A stretch of DNA of 64,000 nucleotides from the human T2T-CHM13v2.0 reference genome, Homo sapiens: contig CP068257.2 of assembly GCA_009914755.4 (NCBI GenBank), positions 19,936,001 through 20,000,000 of the forward strand, read 5' to 3'. The notes under the pieces are model-generated. The model worked only from the letters and a program-made list of their open reading frames with translations, searched no databases and was not told where the DNA came from. This document shows, piece by piece, positions 55,501-64,000 of the stretch (its first letter is position 1; the number at the start of each line of letters is the position of its first letter). Made by a program: the position numbers and the translations under genes.

Positions 55501-58192
55501 TATTAAACATATGTTTTCTACTTATTTCATAAAACTGCATATTCATATAGAATTTCTATCTCCTTATGAACACTGCACAAATTATAAAAACATGTAAAAT
55601 AAATGTATAAAAACTACTTATGCCAAAACAAAGGAAACCTTTCTTACGCCCCTTACACCCTTTGTGGATATTAACCACATTCAGAATATTCTTGTGATCA
55701 TTTCTCCAGCTGGACACCTACTGAAACAGAAATGACTTTAGCTTAATTAAAGTCCCTATTGGTGCAATGGCCTTCAAACTACAGGGTGATCCTTGTGGAA
55801 AAAGCAATGGCCATCCTACTCATTGCAGTGGCTGGGGGTTTAATCCTGGAAGGGTTATCTACTGTTCACCCTATTTTTAACAAGAAATCACCTCCATTGG
55901 GCTACAACTCTCTTTTATACCTCTGGAGGTTGGAAATGTGGATATTTATTGCAGTTAAGGAACTAAGAATTTTAAAGAGGTAACTTGCCAAAGCTGGCTG
56001 AAAAATGCCCTCATTCTCCTTCAAGTTTATTGTCCACACGGCGCTGTGTTGACATTCCAAGAAGGATAATGTGGTTCAAGTCTTTCAGCACAGGTTTCAG
56101 GGATATAGCTCTCAACAAGGAATTGCGCTTGAATAGCTGATTTTATTTACTTACTAAAGAGTATCTCTTTTATAATTTAACAAGTAGAAAAATAGTTTTA
56201 AATACTCAGATAATTACAAGTTAAAGCATCAAAACATAGACTTTCTCCGTGGTCAGGGTGGGTGGGTTTCATGAGCTTGCATCCTATGCAATCACAATGG
56301 CCTCATGCTTAGAAGAACCCTGTGAATGGTCTTAGGTTATGCTATCACTGTCGTGAAATTCTTGCTAACTTTTGGACAAAGGGTTCCTACATTTTCTTTT
56401 GGTGCTGCCTTTGCTTACTGGTTTAGAATTAATCAAGAGGTTTTGGCTGCTGAAAGTGGCAAGTACAAAGCACTTAGGTAAAGTGAATAAATCTCCAATT
56501 TTCTGAATTAGCAGCTTATAGGCTATGTCCCAGAAAATTGTATTGCAAACTTTTGTTTCAGCAGAACTCCACCACATTTTTATTTTCTTCTAGTGAAATG
56601 TTATGCAGAAGCCCAACCTTTGAAGCCAGTAAAAGTGAAGCTGATGTGGTTCGAGTGCAGTTGTGAGGAGAGAAAGGTCCAAGGTTCTCTCGGCATAGAG
56701 TTGAGGAGGGTGGTTGGGGACAGTGAGTTAACATTAAAGAACCTTAATATGAGGCAAAACACAGTGTGAAAGCAATAATGATCAACAAAGGGTATTGGAA
56801 TAATTGTAGGGAAGTGTAGGCTTATTAATATTCAGAATCAAAGCACTTTATCTAAAGGACTAACGAAACACCTGAATTGAACAGGGCTTAAAAAAGATAC
56901 TATTCTTGGGTGCTTGATATAAAAGGATACAGAAAAGTCTTTTCAGAGGCTTACAATATAGTGAGTGTTAGAACTGTAAATCTCACGTAACTTTTGTCTT
57001 TCCATCTGAATGTACAGTAGAACAGATTGTAAAGTGCACAATTATATGATATACAAACTCTAAAACATTGTCATGGTAGTTTTGAATTTCTTGAGGAAAT
57101 ATGACATATACCTGAATATCAGCTTTCAGACTATTGCTCTGACCTTTTGCCCAGTTGTTTAAAATTTTCTCATTAGAACTGGGTGTATAATACAGGTCTG
57201 TTTCCCTTTATTGGAATTAGAAATAGCTCAGACACAATGCCATTAACAGGAGATCAACAGGCTATTCCATCAAGAATGGACTTAGAATATTGGTAAACAT
57301 TGCTCAGAATCCAAATTGAGCTGTAGACTCAGTATCTTATTATGTAAGTGCAAGGTGTGAATTTTATGTGCTGAAGCCATGTCAAGCACTATTAAACTGA
57401 CAAGGGTATAAAGAAGAAACAATACAGACCTCTTGGAAACTCTCATTATCAACAGGCGATTAGAGGTGTGTAGTTTCAACAGAGAGAGACGGAGGAATTC
57501 TTGAATGCTGTTCAACAATCAATATTCTAAGTCTACATGTTTTTTAGGAAAACACAAAACAGTGATTCTTTTTTAATATGCTCATCAGCTTGGTTATCAA
57601 AGTCATATTTCAACATTGCCTGTGCTCATTAAATTTGTACTTGAATATAAATGTTTGAATATACATTTTTATGTGGAAAAAAGTCTTGAAATGAATCTAA
57701 AGTGGTTTCAAGGACACATTTCACAGTTCATAATTTACCAACTAAAGATATGACATTTTGATGGTCCCTCAAATCTGTTTCTCAGGACACCCATTGCGCT
57801 TTTAAAGTGGTGTTGTGTCTTAATGCCTCAGTCACACCTGAGATGACTGGCTGGGTTTCTTGAGTGATAGAAATGATAACAATTACACCAGTTTCCCTAA
57901 AAGCCAACTTCAGTAACTTTGATGGCCCTGATATTTTTGTCTGTGGGAGCAATTACTGACCAGCTAAATGCTGCTGTCCACAAAAAAATTGTAAATTGTG
58001 TCCTATAGAAGTATTTAGAAAATACTATTTGAACCAATGTGACAGTTAAGGTTCTCATCTTGCTCTGAGAAATATTGGACCTTATTTTATCCTTTGACAG
58101 TAAGCTATCTTACTGTCAAGGTTAGTCCAGCAATATAGTCTACTGTTCAATATTTATTTTTCCTTATTTTATCTTATTTTTAAATCTTACTT

Positions 58193-58475
58193 ATTTTTTT
58201 TTGAGACGGAGTTTCACTCTGTCACCCAGGCTGGGGTGCAGTGGTGGGATCTCAGCTTACTATAACCTGCGCCTCCCGGGTTCAAGTGATTCTCCTGCCT
58301 CAGACTCCCGAGTAGCTGAGATTACATGAGTGAACCATGATGCCTGGCTAATTTTTGTATTTTTAGTAGAGATGGGGTTTCACCATGTTGGCCATGCTAG
58401 TCTCCAACTCCTTACCTCAAGTGATCCCCCGCCTCGGCCACCCAAAGTGCTAGAATTGAGCCACCGCCCCCGGTC
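58193..58475 (-). mobile_element. Alu SINE
   Basis: Poly-T, then gagacggagtttcactctgtcacccaggctggggtgcagtggtgggatctcagcttactataacctgcgcctcccgggttcaagtgattctcctgcctcagactcccgagtagctgagattacatgagtgaaccatgatgcctggctaatttttg ... tagaattgagccaccgcccccggtc. Confidence 0.9.
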
Positions 58476-60229
58476 TATTTTTTCTTATTTTAAATAGATA
58501 AATATTTGGAATAAAAAAGATAAGTGTCCAACTGAAGGATAAAATAATCCAGTAGCAGAGGCTTGAATACCAGAAAATTAAATGACAAAAAAGGCTATCT
58601 CTAGACATATTCAAAGTCAAATTCAAAGCCAGAGTGAAGGTCACCCAGAGGCTGCGTTTGGTATCAGAGCTGATGTTTGTTTAGGTGAAGTTTGTTTAGG
58701 TGAATCTCTCTTTCATATTGCAATAGTTTTAAATAGAGTCTTCCTTGTCTGTTTAAATCTGTCCAGTACAATTTTTCTTAGACTATTGATAACTAAGTGT
58801 TGCTTGGCATGTTAAAAAGGAGGCCTTAGGTATGCTGCCGTGGGGAGGTGCTGGGCAAAGAGTGATAGGTTAATGCTGCTGGTGGTGAGATTTAACCACT
58901 TGTTAGCTTTGTTCACTATGCATGCACCACACATATCACTAATGGTGATCCTGGCAAGAACAAGAATACAAGTGGATTTCTACCAAAACATCTCCCATTA
59001 ATTTTCATGCAACTACTAACAACATTCCTTTATTAAAAAGTATAAAATCCAGGTTCAATGCTGGAGAAAAGTATAAATCAGAAGTGCTCCAGGAAAACTA
59101 CCTAGAGTAGAAAAGAAATCTTGGGGATGAGTAATTGTCTGTTACCTCCCAAATCTTGTAGTGTGGCCCACTGGCACGAAACTCAATTATCATCAAAAAT
59201 GTGATAAAAAAAGGTCACTAGAAATCAACAACCATACTGTCCTAAATCAGGTACCAATTAGTTCTACAAATTTAGTGCATTTTTTGTGTTGGAGTGGATG
59301 GTGATTGATGACAAGGCGTAAAGGTCGAAGGGGCTACCTTTGATATGTATTAGTTGTTTTCTAGAACATCATAACAGAAACACGTTTTCATTTCTCTTTG
59401 GCGGTTTCTATCTCTGTGTCCATGTTGGAAAAGAGAATAGAAGAGAAAAAAGGAGAGAAGACAGCTACCATATTTTATAGTTCTTTCTCAGCTTTCATTG
59501 GAAAGCTTACTGGCAAGTCAAGAGCATAGAAATACGAAATGAAAAAATAATAATGAGTAAAACATGTATTAGAGAATAATTAAGTATGATCTATCTGTTT
59601 AAAAATAATTTAAGACATCTTTATAAAATGCATAGTTCTTACTTCATGGATCAAAGAAAGGCAATGGAATGTTTCCACTCTCTCCCATTACTTTCAATCT
59701 GTTGTTGCATACATGTCATGCATCATTATTAGGTATGTGAAGCTCTTCCTTCTTTAAGTTACTTTATATCAAATATCGGCTTGATTATTAACATTTTAAA
59801 AATCTGTTTCATACAATCGGTGAATAGTTGAGAGTTGCAGTCTTATTTCCTAAGTATTTGCAAATATATTACATATAAAACTCCAGGAATTGGTTTAGTG
59901 GCGTTTTATAGGCAATTTTATCCTGTTCCTGGAGTGCAACTATAAGGTGTGCTGAGCTATTCCTACTAGGCAAGACAGTAGTTTCCAACATTGCCAGAAA
60001 GCTCTGAGCAGCAGTCAGTTTTATATGCCTATGTGTGTATGGAGGAACTGGAGAAGCCTTTGGGTATATATACACTTTAAGGAATCTTGAACTCTGAAGC
60101 CTGCCAGTCTACAACTGGGTTAAAATTCTGCATCAGCCACTTACCAGCTTCATGACTTTAGACAAATTAAAAAGTTACTTAACAGTAAGAACTCTCATTT
60201 ATTGCAGGCAATAATGCAAAATAGTATAG

Positions 60230-60990
60230 CCACTTTGGAAGACATTTTAGCAGTTCCTTACAAAACTAAACTTACTCTTGCCACACAACCCAGCAATCAC
60301 ACTACTTGATATTTACCTAAATCAATTAAAAACTTATAGCCACAGAAAAAAATCTGCTCAGAGATGTTTATAGCAGTTTCATTCATAATTGCCAACTATT
60401 TGAATCCACCAAGATGTCCTTCAGTAGGTGAATGTATAAATTCACTGTGGTACATTCAGAAATTGGGATATGATTCAATGCTGAAAAGAAATGAGCTATT
60501 AAGCCATGAAAAGATACAGAGGAATCTTAAATACATATTACTAAGTGAAAAAAGCCAATCTGAAAAAGCTCTATACTGTATGATTCCAACTATATGACAC
60601 TCTGGAAAAGGCCAAACTGTGGAGACAATAAAAAGATTAATGGTTGCCAAGGGTTTGGGGGAGGGAAGGATTGAAAATGCAGAACACAGAGGATGTTTAG
60701 GGCAGTGAAACTATATTCTGTATGATAGATACTGCAGTGGTGGACACATGCCATTACACATTTGTCCAAACCCATACAATGTGCAACACCGAGCAAGAGT
60801 GAACCTTCATGTAAATGATGGATAATGGGTGATAATAACATGTTAATTTAAGTTCATCAATTGCAACAAATATACCCCGGTGGTGGGAAGTGTTGATAGT
60901 GGGGGAAGATGTGGCTGTGTCGAGACAGGGGATATATGGGAACTTTCTGTACTTTCTGCTCAATTTTGCTGTGAATCTGAAACCTCTTTA
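60230..60990 (+). mobile_element. Older L1 (L1M-type) 3' end, sense
   Basis: Degraded ORF2 C-terminus and 3' UTR: ...STKMSFSR*MYKFTVVHSEIGI*FNAEKK*AIKP*KDTEES*IHITK*KKPI*KSSILYDSNYMTLWKRPNCGDNKKINGCQGFGGGKD*KCRTQRMFRAVKLYSV**ILQWWTHAITHLSKP..., colinear with L1M ...STDEWINKMWYIHTMEYYSAIKRNE...MLSEISQ.QKDKYCMIPL...MVARGWGGG.... Confidence 0.6.
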
Positions 60991-61009
60991 AAGTTTACAA
61001 ATTTCAAAG

Positions 61010-61110
61010 CAAAATGACTTAACCTCCGTAGGCTTCAGTTTCATCAAATTTAAATTGTAGGTAGTAATAGTATCTATTTCATAAAGTAGTTTTAAGACCA
61101 AATCAGTTTG
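61010..61110 (+). mobile_element. Possible MIR (ancient SINE) core fragment
   Basis: aaaatgacttaacctccgtaggcttcagtttcatcaaatttaaattgtaggtagtaatagtatctatttcataaagtagttttaagacc resembles the MIR core ...tcacttaacctctctgagcctcagtttcctcatctgtaaaatggggataataatagtacctacctcatagggttgttgtgagg.... Confidence 0.35.
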
Positions 61111-63649
61111 AAGACATCGTTTGTATACAGCAGTGCTTATCACTTTACTCACATATTAGCAGTTATTAGAAAGAGGTTATAATTGAGATTTACAGTTATT
61201 AAAGCCTTTTTCATTTCTATGATCTTGATTGCCACCAAACACCCATGATTAACCTGTAAGGTAGACTGAATGGAAATCCTTAGGCCCTCTTTATATTGGG
61301 AAACAAAGGGTCAGCATTCAAATGAATTATGTAGGATCATAAGTCAGAATTGGAAATAGGTCTTGTGATTCCTAGAGCAATCATTTTTCCATTACGCACA
61401 TTTGTCTAAAGACACTCTTATACACTTAAAATTGTAGGCAACCCTCACCTTGCACAGTACCCTGTTAGGAGAAACCCATTAATGTCAGATCCATGCAAGG
61501 CAAGGAATAAGTATATTGAAGAACCCAAAGAACTTCTGTGTACCTGGTTTATATCTTTGGATGTTCACTGTATTACACATTTATATTAATATATGTAAAA
61601 CTCAAATAGATAAGCACACAGTCCATTAGTCCTCAAAATGATGACATCTTCATGCTATGAATCTCTGGAAGAAACCCACTGTATTCCTTTGAGAGAATAA
61701 GATTTAAAAAGACAAATAACATCTTGATATTATTATAAATTTATGCCCAAAAAAAGTCAAATTAAGGATGGTACGTTTGATCTCTTGGATGATAGGGAAG
61801 GGACTTGGAATACCCAGGGGTCCCCAGTCAACACTTTGAGAATGACTACAATATATTATATGCCATGAGACCACCTTTATACAGGTTGCCCTCTACCCCG
61901 TCTTTCTAATCTGCTGCCTAACAGTCTCCCTGCCCTTTTGCAGTAGCTTTTCCACATTCTCCCAGTCATTTTTTAGCTTGATCATTAATTTCACACTAGA
62001 CAGATTCTGAGTCCCTGTCCTCTTCAGGTCCATTGAGACTTTTCCTGCAGGCATATTCTCCTCCAGAATTAAATGGGATGAAAATAGGCCATAGAATGTC
62101 AGAGCTTTCTGCCTGTACCAAACTCTCAGCTCAGTTCATGCGGAGCCGAGCCAGGGATGAGAAGCAGCAGCTCAGTTCTCAGCTGGAGCAGAGCCAGAGA
62201 ACCTTGAGCTGTGAGCTGGCTTCAGAAGCCACAGCCATGGCCCCGGACAAGCAGGAGAATGAGGTGTGGCTGCTTTGGATGTGACCAAGTGAATGAAAGT
62301 CACAGAGGACTGCGCCAGGCAGGGCAGGGTCCGAGCCAGATGAGATTGATCCAGATGACTCATGAATAATCAACAATATGGAGAAGCAGTGGTGGCTACT
62401 TAATGCAGTTTATATAATGTAATTTCCTTTGTTTTTAGAGCATCATGAATGTCGATGAAATGCCCTTTCATTTCACATTTAAGCTCTAAAATGTCACCAC
62501 AATTTCCAGTTTATTAGATGATGTGTTTCTTTAAAACATTTGGTTTTACAAATACCATGCTCTATTGTTGCATAAGGTCAGAATTATTTTCTGCCTGTTT
62601 ATATGCAGCTTTACCAACTAAATCAATTTTTGGTTTTTAGGAGCATGGAACCACAGTTAATAGGTTAGAATTTGTTGTACATAACATTTCTTCGTAACAG
62701 ATCCTTACACTGAATATGTGATGTTTACTGAAACATCTCATCATAGCCTTTCATGCACAAGATGGCATAAGATATGCTGATTGATTACTAAACATCCTTC
62801 CCTATAATTCTGCATTATCCACAAATGTTTATTGAACCCTTCTTTGGCATAGATAACTGAACTGGTAGCTACATATAAAAAGTAACTATAAAACGTAGCC
62901 TCCCATAAAGACTTAGGGTCTAGATGAGAAAACACATATGCATTCATAAACATACATGAGCAAACACAATGCATCCACAGTAATATAAGCTAAATGTTAA
63001 ATGTCAAATAACGTAAACCGGATATATAGAAGGGTAGAGGAGGGATCTAATGATGGAAGTTTGTCTTTTGTCAGCTCAGTTTTCCTTTGGTAATGCACTT
63101 CATCATTCTTCATACCATTGTGATAAAATAAGATTAAAATGAACCTCAAAAACCAGTAGGGTGTTTACATGACTCCTGTCTGGTTAATCAGCATATTCTT
63201 CCCCTAGCCACACTGCCTCAAGTTGGACCAGTGAATAATCTGCTTTTTGATTTACCAGAACAATGTGGAAGGAACTATTTCTATGGGGGTTATAGGCTGG
63301 TAGGAGGAAATCATGAAAGTTCTCCTGGTCATATTTGTCTCTCAGTTACAAAAACCTTCTGAAAACAAAGTCAAGACTGAAAAAAGCAGGATTAAGAGGT
63401 ATAGAAGGAAGGATTCCTGGATCTAGCAATACTTGGAATCTCTTCCACTCCTGGTCTTTTCCAAGGATGTGAGCTGATAAAGCCCTTTTATTTGTAAGCT
63501 GTTTTAATTAGGTTTATAGCACCAGTAACTGTAAGGGTCCTAATTCACACAGAGGCAATGATAACTTAAGGACTGCCATTCTCAAAACTTCTTCAAAGAA
63601 TGTTTTGAGCAGAGCCCTGAGTGCTGTTTAAAACTGTTAAAAGAAAAAC

Positions 63650-64000
63650 TTCTACTGGCAGCTTTCATGTGCTGGCATTGAGTGTCTCTGGCTTTTCCAG
63701 GTACAGAGTGTAAGCTGTTGGTGGATCTACCATTCTAGGTTCTGAAGGACAGTGGCCCTCTTCTCACAGTTTCACTAGACAGTGCCCCAGTGTGGACTCT
63801 GCATGGGGGTACAGACCCCACACTTCCCTTCTGCATTGCCCTAGCAGAGATTCTCCATGAGGATTCCACCCCTGCAGGAAACTTCTGCCTGGATATCCAG
63901 GTGTTACCGTACATCCTCTGAAATCTAGTAGGAGGTTCCCAAAGCTCAATTCTTGACTTATGTGCACCCGCAGGCCCAACAACTTGTGTAAGCTGCCAAA
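63650..64000 (-). mobile_element. THE1/MST (MaLR) internal-region fragment; continues past the window end
   Basis: gctttcatgtgctggcattgagtgtctctggcttttccaggtacagagtgtaagctgttggtggatctaccattctaggttctgaaggacagtggccctcttctcacag...gattctccatgaggattccacccctgcaggaaacttctgcctggatatccaggtgtt... is ~80% identical to 23840-24200, the internal region of the minus-strand THE1/MST element. Confidence 0.65.

Overview
This window is primate genomic DNA, almost certainly human. It is AT-rich and dense in interspersed repeats, with no sign of a prokaryotic system. I can support the following from the sequence:
- 11 Alu SINEs.
- Several L1 LINE fragments, two of which have an inverted, twin-priming-like architecture.
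- A cluster of ERVL-MaLR retroelements (THE1/MST family): two full-length LTR-internal-LTR copies in opposite orientation, one truncated copy, one internal fragment, and two solo MaLR-type LTRs.
- A near full-length Tigger1 (pogo) DNA transposon with a decayed transposase frame.
- One MADE1 (Hsmar1-derived) MITE hairpin.
- Several microsatellites: (TC)n, (AC)n, (TA)n, (CATT)n, poly-T.

I find no convincing protein-coding exon, rRNA, tRNA, CRISPR array or operon-like structure. Nearly every ORF in the six-frame track is either a translation of a repeat (L1 ORF2, Tigger1 transposase, the THE1 internal region, Alu, microsatellites) or a short chance ORF in AT-rich unique DNA.

I see no novel biological system here. 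The observations worth a second look are structural:
- A clean nested-insertion chronology (Tigger1 < THE1B; L1M < L1PA; THE1 < Alu; L1 < Alu).
- Two L1 inversion junctions.
- Inverted full-length THE1/MST copies ~8 kb apart.
- A 58-bp local duplication next to an Alu/(TC)n composite.
- A MADE1 hairpin that looks like a miR-548 precursor.

All family assignments come from my memory of consensus sequences and should be confirmed with RepeatMasker/Dfam. Coordinates are approximate to within a few bp.
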